Virus record (IMG/VR): IMGVR_UViG_3300027747_001390
Coordinates: 11,627-75,626 of that record
Direction: 5' to 3' (one strand)
Source of the DNA: a virus
DNA: 64,000 nucleotides
Each line of letters opens with the position of its first letter. Position 1 is the stretch's first letter. The notes beneath the pieces are model-generated. The model made no database searches and was not told the DNA's origin. It saw only the letters and a list, made by a program, of their open reading frames with translations. Of the stretch, positions 35,825-45,560 are shown piece after piece. Position numbers and translations under genes: made by a program.

Positions 35825-36642
35825 GTAATAGTCTGGAAGTGATTTCCGACATGAGCAACGACGCGTATCACGGGCGAAAGTCGCACGTGAGTCGTTCGCA
35901 GGCGAGTCGGTATCGAGGCGTTCGCGGCGGAAGGGCGCAGCGTTACGAGGAGGTGAAGGGCGGCAAGCTCTTCGAGGGCAACGCTGGCACGTCGTTCGGG
36001 ACGCTCGTGGACGTGGCCTTCGAGGCTGAGGCGAGGGGTCTCGACTGGAGGAGCCGTTGTGCGGTCGCGCCGCCGGAGGTGCTGACATCGAACGGACAGA
36101 GGCGTGGCAATGCGTTCACGGCTTGGAAGGAAAGCCTTCCGGCCGGTGCGATCGAGTGCAGCGTGGCCGACTTCGTCAAGGTGGCCGACATCATCGAGTC
36201 GCTTCGTGAACACAAGATCGCGAATCAACTCTTGGAGTCGATCAAGCACACGCAATACAGCGTGTTCTGGACTGACGAAGACGGGCATGATCGCAAGGCA
36301 CGCCCGGACGGACTCAACGACGACGAGTGGTTCGATCTCAAGACGACGAGCAGCGAGTTCAGCAAGCTCAAGTATTCGTTCCGCGAGTTTGCCTATAACT
36401 GGCAAGCGGCTTGGTACACCGACGCGGCGATCGCCGCAGGCTGGAAGCCGTTCAGGTTCCGCTTCATCGTTGTGCAGACCTTCGCGCCTTATGACGTGGC
36501 TGTGTTCAGCCTCGAAGACGAGGCGATCGAGAACGCACGCCACGAGATCAAGAAGACTCTGGCGGACATCAAGTATCGCCGAGAGTCGGGCATCTACGTG
36601 CCTGACCAGTATCACGCGGAACAAGTGTTGCAGTTGGGTTGA
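35821..36642 (+). CDS. RecE/DUF3799-like PD-(D/E)XK exonuclease
   Basis: MSNDAYH, RKARPD...DLKTT, YNWQAAWY. Confidence 0.85.
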   Translation: MSNSLEVISDMSNDAYHGRKSHVSRSQASRYRGVRGGRAQRYEEVKGGKLFEGNAGTSFGTLVDVAFEAEARGLDWRSRCAVAPPEVLTSNGQRRGNAFTAWKESLPAGAIECSVADFVKVADIIESLREHKIANQLLESIKHTQYSVFWTDEDGHDRKARPDGLNDDEWFDLKTTSSEFSKLKYSFREFAYNWQAAWYTDAAIAAGWKPFRFRFIVVQTFAPYDVAVFSLEDEAIENARHEIKKTLADIKYRRESGIYVPDQYHAEQVLQLG

Positions 36643-36698
36643 TATCGAGTCGGACAGTCCGACTCGACTGGTTCGGTAGGCTTAGGAGGATGATCACC

Positions 36699-37442
36699 AT
36701 GGCAAATGCCATTGCGACGGTTGGTTCATTCGGTCTCTCGGTGAATGGCGGCGATTTCCGCCGCAGCGAGCAGACCTTCGTGAAGATTCCGGGGGGAGGT
36801 GTGACCAAGTGGAGTTGGTCGACCATCCTCGGAGATCAGGTTGAGAGCGAGATCACGGGTGTGATCGTCGCTCTGAGCGAGGTGCAGCACGACCTGTGGC
36901 CGCATCAGGGCACGGCTGCTGAGAAGTCGAGCCCGTACATGCGGAGCCTCGACGGCAAGACGGCGACGATCGTCGGCGACGATGCCGGTGATCTCGACGT
37001 CAAGGAGATCGAGGCTGCGAGGATCGCGGGTACGGATACCTACGATTGCTCGAAGATCAGCTACTTCCTCTGGGAGAAGCAGGGTGATCGCAACATCCCG
37101 CCGCGTGCCAACGCGACGAGCGTGATCGGCATCCTGCGTCCGGGCGAGTCGGCCCCCCTGTTCATTCGGCTCTCGAAGACGAGCAGTCCGAAGGTGCAGG
37201 AATTCGCCCGCAAGCTGCGTGGTCAGGGCGTGCAGCCCTACCAGTGCGTGGTCTCGCTGGGTCTGGAGAAGGTGACGGGCGGCAAGGCGAACTACAGCCG
37301 TGTCGTGCCGAAATTCGTGTCTCCTGCCCCGGCCGAGATGGTCGAGGCGTTCCGGGCCTACTTCGTCGAAGTCTCGCCGAAGCTGCGTGGCTCGCTGGAG
37401 AAGTACGTGGGCAAGGCCTCGACCGACGCGGTGCCTTTCTAG
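36699..37442 (+). CDS. ssDNA-binding/annealing protein (putative)
   Basis: VKIPGGG; position between exonuclease and primase; C-terminal DAVPF resembling the SSB tail. Confidence 0.6.
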   Translation: MANAIATVGSFGLSVNGGDFRRSEQTFVKIPGGGVTKWSWSTILGDQVESEITGVIVALSEVQHDLWPHQGTAAEKSSPYMRSLDGKTATIVGDDAGDLDVKEIEAARIAGTDTYDCSKISYFLWEKQGDRNIPPRANATSVIGILRPGESAPLFIRLSKTSSPKVQEFARKLRGQGVQPYQCVVSLGLEKVTGGKANYSRVVPKFVSPAPAEMVEAFRAYFVEVSPKLRGSLEKYVGKASTDAVPF

Positions 37443-37468
37443 TCGATAGTACGGACTCGTGTTCTTTC

Positions 37469-37504
37469 GCCCGGCCGGATCGGGGCTGTCCCATCCGGCC
37501 GGGC
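37469..37504 (+). terminator. 12-bp hairpin
   Basis: GCCCGGCCGGAT / ATCCGGCCGGGC followed by T-rich sequence. Confidence 0.55.
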
Positions 37505-37541
37505 ATTTCTCACCATTTTTCATTAATCCAAGGAGGGTTTC

Positions 37542-39140
37542 GTGGAATACCGCGCACAGGAAGTGTTTCAGGCGGCGGCGGCAGTCGCTCGCAAGGGTTG
37601 GAAGGTCGTCAGGCTGTTCGGAGTTCGAGACAACGCGACTTGCACTTGCCACAAGGGGAAAGACTGCGGCACGCCCGGAAAGCATCCGGCTGGTGGTGCA
37701 GACTGGCCCGCTCGTGCAACTGACGACGAGGACGAGATCAGCGACTGGTTTCACTACGGCGATGACAACGAGAATATGCGTGTCAACGTCGGAGTGAGAC
37801 TTGGCAAGGCCAGCGGCATTGTGGACGTCGAGATCGACGGCCCGGAGGCTGAGGAGACTCTCAAGAAATACGGACTCGACGCGATCGAGACTCCGACATA
37901 CCGGGCATCGCGAGGGTGTCACCGGATTTTCAGGTACGAGGACGATCTTCCTGACGTTGGCGTGGTGAAGGTCGACCAGCTTGAGGTGAGACTTGGCGGT
38001 GGCGGCAAGGCCGCGCAGAGTGTCATGCCGTCGTCGTGGCACCGCACTGGAATCCAGTATCTCTGGCTCCCCGGCCTGTCTCCGGAAGAGGTCGAGCCAG
38101 CACCGCTTCCGGCAGAGTTTAAGGCGGCTGTTAAGGCGAACTCGAAGAAAGGCGGCTCCGGATCGATTGTTCAGGCTATCGACGTCGTCCGAGACGATCG
38201 TCAGGTCACTGCGGGTGGACGTCACGGGTTCCTAGTCGGCTACGCCTCGCGTCTGGCTCGCACGATCAAGGACTTCACCGACGCCGACCGGCGGGAACTG
38301 ACCAACATCCTCTCAGCCTGCAACCAGCGTTTCTGCTCGCCTGCGAAGACGGAGGACGAGGTCGAGCGGATTGCCGGTGACCAGTTCAATCACTACCGGG
38401 ATCGTGCCGCAGAGAGGCGTGCCGGGAGACTGTTCGAGCGTTACGGTCTGCGGTGGGACGCCGAGACTCGCGAGTACGAGGCTGGAGAATGGAAGGTCAC
38501 TGTCGTTCACTCTGACCCGATCGAGTATCGGCTTCGGTTCCCGTTCGAGGGGCGGACGATCTCGGCCTCTCTCGACGCTCGCCAGTTTCCAGAGTCGAAG
38601 GACGTCGCTGCGGCTGTTCTGGCGGCTTCTGGCAAGATCAACCTCAGAGACCCCCACAACTCACGCTGGCATGAAATCTGGGTTGGGTACACCATCCAGA
38701 ACGACGACGGAGACAGGGACGTGAGGGGACTCATGTCGAAGCTCCTCGAAGAGGCTGACGAAGAATGGCCGTCGGTGGACGCTTGCTCGTGGAGCCAGCA
38801 CGCCGCCTTCCTGATTGCCTATCTGAGGCCTTTCTCGCGGTCTGACGACGACGAGGAAGTCCTCCCCTGCCCCGATGGCACCCCAAAGTGGATCAAGTCT
38901 GAGGATGGCACGTGGAGCCTTTATTTTAAATGGAACGAGTTGTGTGCCGCCGCGTGGCGATCTGCAAAGGCTGGCATCCCCACGCTCAAGGAGAAGACGA
39001 AGCTCAAGCGGCACATTCTTCACGAGGCTGGCCTCGAAGACTTTATTGACAAGAAGTTCACCGTGAATGCGAAGCCCGGTCGCTGGATCGTCTGGACTGA
39101 TCAGCACATGGCCGCGCTCGATCGGCTGACCGGCGCGTAG
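37542..39140 (+). CDS. bifunctional primase-polymerase (Prim-Pol) domain protein
   Basis: CTCHKGKDCGTPGKHP, NVGVRLG..SGIVDVEID, RGCHRIF, PSSWHRTG; PriCT-like GGRHGFL. Confidence 0.85.
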   Translation: MEYRAQEVFQAAAAVARKGWKVVRLFGVRDNATCTCHKGKDCGTPGKHPAGGADWPARATDDEDEISDWFHYGDDNENMRVNVGVRLGKASGIVDVEIDGPEAEETLKKYGLDAIETPTYRASRGCHRIFRYEDDLPDVGVVKVDQLEVRLGGGGKAAQSVMPSSWHRTGIQYLWLPGLSPEEVEPAPLPAEFKAAVKANSKKGGSGSIVQAIDVVRDDRQVTAGGRHGFLVGYASRLARTIKDFTDADRRELTNILSACNQRFCSPAKTEDEVERIAGDQFNHYRDRAAERRAGRLFERYGLRWDAETREYEAGEWKVTVVHSDPIEYRLRFPFEGRTISASLDARQFPESKDVAAAVLAASGKINLRDPHNSRWHEIWVGYTIQNDDGDRDVRGLMSKLLEEADEEWPSVDACSWSQHAAFLIAYLRPFSRSDDDEEVLPCPDGTPKWIKSEDGTWSLYFKWNELCAAAWRSAKAGIPTLKEKTKLKRHILHEAGLEDFIDKKFTVNAKPGRWIVWTDQHMAALDRLTGA

Positions 39141-39310
39141 GAATGTGCGATCTCCTATAGGGCAGTTTTTTTTTACAACTCCTGTCAGACCAGATTCCTA
39201 CATTCCTAAAAAAAGCTGAAACCGAAAGTCTTGTAAACAAAGAATTTAAGTTGCCCTATAGAGGGAATCTACTAAAAGCTCGCTCAGGTTCATCAGATTC
39301 CAAAAACAAG
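39141..39310. other. putative replication origin (AT-rich, inverted-repeat bounded)
   Basis: Non-coding, between primase and helicase; CTATAGGGCA 39155 / TGCCCTATAG 39252; AGATTC/GAATCT repeats. Confidence 0.6.
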
Positions 39311-39322
39311 GAGATAGGCAAT

Positions 39323-40990
39323 ATGCGGAGGGTAGAGAGGCATCTGGGCGGTCCCGGCACCGGAAAGACCCGTCTTATTCTCGATCGTTTGAGTGAGACT
39401 AAAGTCGAGTTCGGTCTGAGCGTCCACGAGATCGGGCTTTGCACGTTCACGCGGGCAGGGCGGCAGGAGCTTTCGGAGCGTGCGGCTGCTGAGTGGGGAT
39501 GCGATCCTGAGACCCTGACCAAGCATGGCTGGTTCAGAACCGCGCACTCAATCGCTCACCGTCAGTGCGGCATCGAGGAGGGGCAGTTGCTCGAAGGCAG
39601 CGAGGGTGCTGAGTGGATCGGCAACGCTGTTGGAGGTAAGGTCGCCACCCGATTCGATCCTCGCAGCCGGGAGGTCAGCTTCGTCTCCGGTGACGGCGAC
39701 GACGGCCTGACGCTGGGCCTGAAGGCATGGGACTTGGCGAGAGCCAACATGACCAGCCTGAAGAGCGTTCTGAGGCGGTGGGCGGTCGCTGGAGAGCGGG
39801 TGCCTGACGAGTCAGGTGTCCGCCGCTATGTCGAGCGGTACGAGCAGGCAAAGCGGCGGGAGGGCCGCGCGGACTACACGGACATCATTGCGAGGTTTGC
39901 CGGGATCAGGTTCGCGATCGATGGGCCGCAGGAGGTCGATCCCGAGGGGGAAGTGCCTGCCAGCATCCGTGCCTTGGCGATCGACGAGGCTCAGGACTCG
40001 TCTGTTCTGGTCGATCGAGTCTGTCGGAGGATGGCCGAGAGTCCGTTCGTCGAGCGAGTGTTCCTGAGCGGGGACGCTTACCAGAGTATCTACAGCTTCA
40101 ACGGCAGCGACTACCGGCTCTTCCTGAACTGGGATGCCGAAGAGTTCGTGATGCCTAGAAGCTACCGATGCCCGCCGGTCGTGATGGAACTGGGAGAACG
40201 CTGCATTCGCAGAATGCGTCACGGCTACCGGGATCGCCACATTCAGCCAGCGTCACATTCCGGCCACGTCCGAAGGGCTGGCTCACCTGAGCAAGCGATC
40301 GCTGCTATCAAGCCTGACGAGTCTGTCCTAATCCTTGGAAGGTGCGGTTTCGCCCTTCACGAGTACGAGGACATCCTCCGCAGCCGGGGCATCCCGTACA
40401 CGTGGATCGATCGCGTCGGAAGTGCGGTCGAAATGTCTGGATACGGCTGCTTGTGGGCGTTGCAGCACGGCAAGGTCGTCCACCACGACGACTGGGCGAA
40501 CGCTATTTCGATGATTCAGGTCGCCGACAAGGACGTCGGTCAGTTGCTGATTCGAGGCGAGAAGCAGGCATGGAAGAAAGGCCTTCGCTCTCAGGTCGAT
40601 ATCATCCGACCGGTCGATGAAGATTTCGCACTCGCGGGAGCCACCGAGACGTTTGCTCAGATCGTCCGCGAGGGACGGTGGCCTGCCTTCCTCGACAAGT
40701 CTCACTCTCAGAAGGCAGAGAGGTGGGTCGAAGCGGCGAAGAAGTTCGGACCCGAGACAGCCTGCAACCCGAAAGTCAGACTCTCGACGATCCACGGCGC
40801 GAAAGGGTGCGAAGGCGACACGGTGATCCTGTCGACAGTCTCAAGCCCTGCGGTGGAGCGTGGGCGGCAGGCTATCGACGAGCTTCACGACGAAGAGTGT
40901 CGCGTGAACTACGTGGCTGTGACACGTGCCCGGAGAGACTTGTGGATCGTGAATGACGGAGACAGGTACGCGATGGAAATTCCAGCATGA
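39323..40990 (+). CDS. UvrD/Rep-like SF1 helicase
   Basis: GGPGTGKT, IDEAQD, GDAYQSIYSF, SYRCP, STIHGAKGCE, YVAVTRAR. Confidence 0.92.
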   Translation: MRRVERHLGGPGTGKTRLILDRLSETKVEFGLSVHEIGLCTFTRAGRQELSERAAAEWGCDPETLTKHGWFRTAHSIAHRQCGIEEGQLLEGSEGAEWIGNAVGGKVATRFDPRSREVSFVSGDGDDGLTLGLKAWDLARANMTSLKSVLRRWAVAGERVPDESGVRRYVERYEQAKRREGRADYTDIIARFAGIRFAIDGPQEVDPEGEVPASIRALAIDEAQDSSVLVDRVCRRMAESPFVERVFLSGDAYQSIYSFNGSDYRLFLNWDAEEFVMPRSYRCPPVVMELGERCIRRMRHGYRDRHIQPASHSGHVRRAGSPEQAIAAIKPDESVLILGRCGFALHEYEDILRSRGIPYTWIDRVGSAVEMSGYGCLWALQHGKVVHHDDWANAISMIQVADKDVGQLLIRGEKQAWKKGLRSQVDIIRPVDEDFALAGATETFAQIVREGRWPAFLDKSHSQKAERWVEAAKKFGPETACNPKVRLSTIHGAKGCEGDTVILSTVSSPAVERGRQAIDELHDEECRVNYVAVTRARRDLWIVNDGDRYAMEIPA

Positions 40991-41460
40991 ATTTTCTTTT
41001 CGACACGTCGCCGATCGAGGACAACGACGGCAAGAAAAAAAAGAAGTCTCGCCGCAAGGAGGAGCCTGTCGTGCAGGCTCTCGCCCCGGTGGTCGTCGAG
41101 GAGCTTCAGCCGATCACCGTCCTTGTCAGCATCGACGGGCACTACTCCTGCGACCGATGCGGACTGACGGTCCTCGACCTCCTCGACATTCGCAAAACCG
41201 AAGGCGGCACGAAGTGGCTCGTGTCCTGCGGCTGGTGGTGCCTGCACTCGTGGCTCGTCGATCCGATCCCCGGCCTGCTCGACAAGGAAGATCGCAAACA
41301 GGCTGCGGACGTCTTCAGGATGCGTGGCGGACGCTTCGACGGCAAGAGCTTCGACGAAATCGCTGCTGCTGACGCTCGCTGGTACATCGAGTCACTCGTG
41401 ACGGTATCGAAGAGAACAGCCGTCTCGGACGCCGCGAAAAAATGGCTTGACACTCATTGA
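40987..41460 (+). CDS. zinc ribbon plus DUF3820-like domain protein
   Basis: CDRC...CGWWC; GGRFDGKSFDEI...WYIE. Confidence 0.5.
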   Translation: MNFLFDTSPIEDNDGKKKKKSRRKEEPVVQALAPVVVEELQPITVLVSIDGHYSCDRCGLTVLDLLDIRKTEGGTKWLVSCGWWCLHSWLVDPIPGLLDKEDRKQAADVFRMRGGRFDGKSFDEIAAADARWYIESLVTVSKRTAVSDAAKKWLDTH

Positions 41461-41505
41461 TTTGTACGGATACTCACCCACGCACTGCATTTCAAAGGAG
41501 TGAAA

Positions 41506-41973
41506 ATGCCCAAGCCTCTGCCCGGCGTCGTTGACGCGTTGAACGCTGGCCTCCGGAATCACTGGACTCAGATTCTGCTCTACGAGTCGCAGGCCGCTCA
41601 CCTCGCCCGCTGGGGTTACAAGAAGCTTGGCGTCGAGTTTCTTGCCTACGCCGAAGAGGAACGCGAACACGCTCGCAAGGTCATCCAGCGTCTTGAGTTC
41701 TTCGACGCTCAGCCCGGATACGAGTTCGAGCAGCCGATCTGGCCTCGTCACGATTTCGAGGGCATCCTCGAAGTGAACTACACGCTAGACCAGACCGCCG
41801 CAAACGCCGAAAGGTCTGGATACCTTCTCTGCGTTGAACTTGGTGACGCTGATACCGCGACGATCTTCGCCGATCTCTTGAGGGGCAGCGAGAACGGCAT
41901 GGCCGAGATCGAGGCCGCTCGCCTCGTGATCGATCAGATCGGTCTCGACAACTATCTGGCGAACCAGACGTGA
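41506..41973 (+). CDS. bfr: bacterioferritin-like protein with degenerate ferroxidase centre
   Basis: VVDALN, WGYKKL, EEEREHA..VIQRL, IDQIGLDNYL align along the length of Bfr. Confidence 0.8.
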   Translation: MPKPLPGVVDALNAGLRNHWTQILLYESQAAHLARWGYKKLGVEFLAYAEEEREHARKVIQRLEFFDAQPGYEFEQPIWPRHDFEGILEVNYTLDQTAANAERSGYLLCVELGDADTATIFADLLRGSENGMAEIEAARLVIDQIGLDNYLANQT

Positions 41974-41978
41974 TCATC

Positions 41979-43229
41979 ATGGCATCGCAGAAGATCATCC
42001 AAAGCGACTGCCTAGACGGGCTTCGGACTCTTGCCGACGGCAGCATCCATTGCTGCGTCACGTCGCCGCCCTACTGGGGCTTGCGTGACTACGGGCACGA
42101 AGGGCAGATCGGACTTGAGGGCACGCCTGACGCCTACGTTGCTCGCATGGTAGAGGTGTTCCGCGAGGTGCGGCGAGTACTGCGTGACGATGGGACTTGC
42201 TGGGTGAATTTGGGCGACTCTTACGCCGCAGCACCGGCAGGCAAGTGTTCCAACCCGCACGCCAAAAGCGGCTTGGCTGGAGTCAAGACTCAAGGCGTCG
42301 CTCGAAAGCACAAAGAATCATGGAACTCAGCAAAGGCGTCTGGACTAAAACAGAAAGACCTCGTCGGCATCCCGTGGCGTGTCGCCTTCGCCTTGCAGGC
42401 TGACGGCTGGTGGTTGCGGCAGGACATCATCTGGCACAAGCCAAACCCGATGCCCGAGAGCGTGCGTGACCGATGCACCAAGGCACACGAGTACGTCTTT
42501 CTGCTGACGAAGAGCGGCCGATATTTCTATGACGCGGAGGCTGTGAGCGAGGAGTCTGTGACTGCTGCCGACGGTCGTGGATCAACAGAAGAGAGAAAGG
42601 CGTTGGGCCACCCCTCTCGATATGGAGACACTGCCGGTAAGGCCTCTCGTGGCGAGGGCTGGTCAATGCCGTCGCTCTCCCCAAAAGCGTCGGGCCGCAA
42701 CCGCCGCTCTGTATGGAAGATCGCCACTAAGTCATACCGAGGCGCACACTTCGCCACGATGCCTCCTCAGCTTGCAGAAACGTGCCTGCGGGCTGGTACG
42801 AGCGAGGCTGGATGTTGCTCGCTGTGCGGCACGCCTCACGAGCGTGTCGTCGATCGCAAGCGAGTCGCGACTCGTCCCGGCACAGACACGAAAGTCACTG
42901 GCGACACGATGACTGACGGCAACCGCGACCCGGAGCGGCACGTCACCACGACCACAACGACAGGCTGGCGTCCGACGTGTAGCTGCAACGCTTCAGTGTC
43001 GCCATGCACTGTACTCGATCCGTTCGGCGGCTCAGGAACGACTCTGGCAGTTGCTGCCGAGCTTGGCCTGAACGGCATCGGCTTCGAGTTGAACGATGAC
43101 TACATCGGACTCGCAGAAGAACGTATCGCCAAGTCGCGAGACAAGGCTCCGCTATTCATCGGACCACCATGTCCGAAAGGTGCTGCGTTCATCGGCACCA
43201 GTGGTCGCCAAGCCGGGGGTGGCGTGTAA
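41979..43229 (+). CDS. beta-class N4-C/N6-A DNA methyltransferase
   Basis: TSPPY, DIIWHKPNPMPESVRDR, HFATMP, VLDPFGGSGTT. Confidence 0.92.
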   Translation: MASQKIIQSDCLDGLRTLADGSIHCCVTSPPYWGLRDYGHEGQIGLEGTPDAYVARMVEVFREVRRVLRDDGTCWVNLGDSYAAAPAGKCSNPHAKSGLAGVKTQGVARKHKESWNSAKASGLKQKDLVGIPWRVAFALQADGWWLRQDIIWHKPNPMPESVRDRCTKAHEYVFLLTKSGRYFYDAEAVSEESVTAADGRGSTEERKALGHPSRYGDTAGKASRGEGWSMPSLSPKASGRNRRSVWKIATKSYRGAHFATMPPQLAETCLRAGTSEAGCCSLCGTPHERVVDRKRVATRPGTDTKVTGDTMTDGNRDPERHVTTTTTTGWRPTCSCNASVSPCTVLDPFGGSGTTLAVAAELGLNGIGFELNDDYIGLAEERIAKSRDKAPLFIGPPCPKGAAFIGTSGRQAGGGV

Positions 43230-43317
43230 CCAAGGCAGTCGAGGCTTGTGTTTAACCTCAAGGTATCTTTCCGCGAGTGACTCGACCGTCTGCCTCACGT
43301 TACGAGGCCCAATACAC

Positions 43318-43566
43318 ATGATGGACGAACTAGCAGAACTCAACCCTGACGCCCTGCTCGCCGACGGCCTAGAAAAGGCTTTCGTTGGCTACACCGTCAA
43401 TCACCACCACGCTCACGTCGCCGTCTATGACGTGCAGAAGTGCATCGACATCCTCGTCGAGCGTGACGGCATGACTCACGAGGGGGCGGAAGAATTCTTG
43501 TCGTTTAACACGCTATCGGCATTCGTTGGTCCGAATGGGCCGATTTACGTGAGGTTCACGCAGTAG
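43318..43566 (+). CDS. conserved phage protein
   Basis: ADGLEKAFVG...AVYD..KCIDIL..DGMT.E.A.EF..FN. Confidence 0.65.
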   Translation: MMDELAELNPDALLADGLEKAFVGYTVNHHHAHVAVYDVQKCIDILVERDGMTHEGAEEFLSFNTLSAFVGPNGPIYVRFTQ

Positions 43567-43575
43567 GAAAACGCT

Positions 43576-44103
43576 ATGCAGAGGCGACTGATCTCACTGA
43601 GCGACGATCAAAAAAGTGCCCTGCACCTTGCCATTATGGTTTTGCAGTTCTTGGCAAGGAGGCCCGATGCGATTGGCAGGCTGATGACGGCTATTGGCGG
43701 ATTTATTTTTGAAGAGTGGCTTGAGTCGCAGGCGCAAGAGGAAAAGCTTTCCTATCAAGATATGTCTCACTTGCATCTTCCCTATGACTTCATCATCAAC
43801 GGCCATCGAGTCCAAGCCAAGAGCAGTGGGAGCGTTAGTGGCTCCGTCGACGTGAGGCCTACTCGACCCGTAGTAGGATCGAATTGTCGAAGATATAAGC
43901 AGGAGAGCTTCGACGTTTTGGCGGTCCACTTGGCCGCATACGACGAGAAGTATTTTATTCCTGTCGAGGGCTTTAAATGTGAAGAGTTCGACGGAATGGT
44001 GAAGGGTTCTTTTGTGCGGGAGCGGTGCTTTCAGTGGAAGGACGCATGGCATGTGATAAACGGAGCGAGCGGGCCGCACGTAATCCAGAAGACGTTGTTT
44101 TAG
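43576..44103 (+). CDS. PD-(D/E)XK endonuclease (PDDEXK_5-like)
   Basis: PYDFIINGHRVQAKS...YKQESFDVLAV...YFIPV; lower GC. Confidence 0.65.
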   Translation: MQRRLISLSDDQKSALHLAIMVLQFLARRPDAIGRLMTAIGGFIFEEWLESQAQEEKLSYQDMSHLHLPYDFIINGHRVQAKSSGSVSGSVDVRPTRPVVGSNCRRYKQESFDVLAVHLAAYDEKYFIPVEGFKCEEFDGMVKGSFVRERCFQWKDAWHVINGASGPHVIQKTLF

Positions 44104-44131
44104 AAGCGGCACGCAACGGAAAAGAAGCCTC

Positions 44132-44884
44132 ATGTCCGTAAAATCACTCGCCCGAAAACACGTCACCTACAGCGACCTCCTCGCCGACGGCGAAAACCCG
44201 TTTTCGTCGAACAAAGTCACCGGCCACTCTCTGAACGTCCCGATCATCGGCACATGCACGCCGTCGATTGTCTGTGCTGAGACGTGCTACTTCGCCAAAG
44301 GCCCATCCACGTGGACGGCATCTCTCAAGAAGCAGCACCGGCTGCTCAACTCGATCAAGGCCTCGCCGACGCACATGGCTGTGATCATCGCCGACTGGGT
44401 TCGCCGCCTGAAGCTCGACTACGTTCGTTGGAACGGTGGCGGAGACTTGTTCGCTGAGAGCGTCGACTGCATCAACCGGGCCGCGCCCATGATGCCTGAA
44501 GTCCCGCAGTGGGTCGTGAGCAGGAAGCCCAAGCTGGCAGCGGCGATCGAGCCTGCCTCGAACGTCTACGTGCATTTCTCGGTAGATAAGACGTCGTGGG
44601 ATCGGCTCGAAGAGATGCAGAGCCTTGCTCCGGCCGGTCTGCAATGGTTCTGGAGTTACCAGTGCGACAAGGGCGAGACTCCGCCTGACCCGATGGTCGC
44701 GCCGGTGATCTTCCGCGACGGCTACGATCCCAAGGGCGGGGAATTGTACGGAAACGATTGCCCTTTGAATGCAAACGAAGATATCGCAGGCGTCTGCGGC
44801 AAATGCCAGCGTTGCTTTAACGGCTGGGCGATCGAGATCGCAAAAGAATGTCTCCCATATCTCCGAGAGCGGCAGGAGAAGTAG
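44132..44884 (+). CDS. GP88-like protein (Cys cluster)
   Basis: NKVTG, TCTPSIVCAETCYF, VRWNGGGD, HFSVD, CGKCQRC. Confidence 0.65.
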   Translation: MSVKSLARKHVTYSDLLADGENPFSSNKVTGHSLNVPIIGTCTPSIVCAETCYFAKGPSTWTASLKKQHRLLNSIKASPTHMAVIIADWVRRLKLDYVRWNGGGDLFAESVDCINRAAPMMPEVPQWVVSRKPKLAAAIEPASNVYVHFSVDKTSWDRLEEMQSLAPAGLQWFWSYQCDKGETPPDPMVAPVIFRDGYDPKGGELYGNDCPLNANEDIAGVCGKCQRCFNGWAIEIAKECLPYLRERQEK

Positions 44885-45264
44885 GACGTCTTCTGGCCTC
44901 GGCCGAGATGCTGATCAATGGCATTTCTCCGTCGAGGCCAGAGGACGATCACGGGTTCGACATCGTCTCTGTGTATGGATCAAAGCTATGCCGCGTTCAA
45001 GTCAAGACTGTCTACATCCAGAAGCCGAGGCCTGTCACCCTGTCAGAGACGTTTCCAGTTCGTCGTCGAGCAGGGTGCAGGCGTCAGCGACCAGACGATC
45101 AGAACTCTCAGTATGCAGACGGCGAGTTGGACGCGTTCGTGTTTGTCAGTCTCGTCACGAGGTCTTTCTGGGTGATGCCAATCAATGAGATCGAATTATC
45201 GAAGTATCGAGTGTCACTTCGCAAAGACTCGCCGTGGCACAACGCGTGGCACGTCCTGAAATGA
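44848..45264 (+). CDS. PD-(D/E)XK endonuclease (PDDEXK_5-like)
   Basis: GEVG...HGFDIV...RVQVKT...YADGELDAFVFV...FWVMP. Confidence 0.7.
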   Translation: MSPISPRAAGEVGRLLASAEMLINGISPSRPEDDHGFDIVSVYGSKLCRVQVKTVYIQKPRPVTLSETFPVRRRAGCRRQRPDDQNSQYADGELDAFVFVSLVTRSFWVMPINEIELSKYRVSLRKDSPWHNAWHVLK

Positions 45265-45560
45265 CACTCGAAACCACCATAACGAAGTCGATCGTGACGC
45301 TCGCGAAAGCGAAGGGGTGGTGGACGTTCAAGATCGCTGGCGGACCTATGCAGATGGCTGGAGTTCCAGACTTGTTGACGGTGAAGCATGGCCGTGCTGT
45401 GTTCCTCGAAGTGAAGCAGCCGGGAAAGAAGCCTCGCCCGCTTCAGGTGCAGAGGATGAAAGAAATACGCGAGATTGGCGGAGCCGTCGCGCAAGTGGTT
45501 ACGAGCAGGGCTGAGGCAGAAAGGATTCTCGATGCGAACGATAACGCTCACTCTTCCTGA
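45261..45560 (+). CDS. VRR-NUC domain nuclease
   Basis: GVPDLL...FLEVKQPGKKPRPLQ. Confidence 0.88.
   Translation: MTLETTITKSIVTLAKAKGWWTFKIAGGPMQMAGVPDLLTVKHGRAVFLEVKQPGKKPRPLQVQRMKEIREIGGAVAQVVTSRAEAERILDANDNAHSS

Noticed and set aside
34679-38225. Long minus-strand ORFs (34679-35764, 35749-36624, 36726-38225) and similar shadows elsewhere
   Set aside because: Antisense to well-supported genes; expected from GC-rich codon bias; no motifs or RBS
39155-39261. MITE or IS remnant
   Set aside because: No transposase, no evident target-site duplication, and the interiors of the two copies differ in length and sequence beyond the first ~50 bp
39251-39322. N-terminal extension of UvrD from TTG 39251
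   Set aside because: It lies in the ori-like repeat; ATG 39323 has an AAGGAG RBS and places Walker A at the usual N-terminal position
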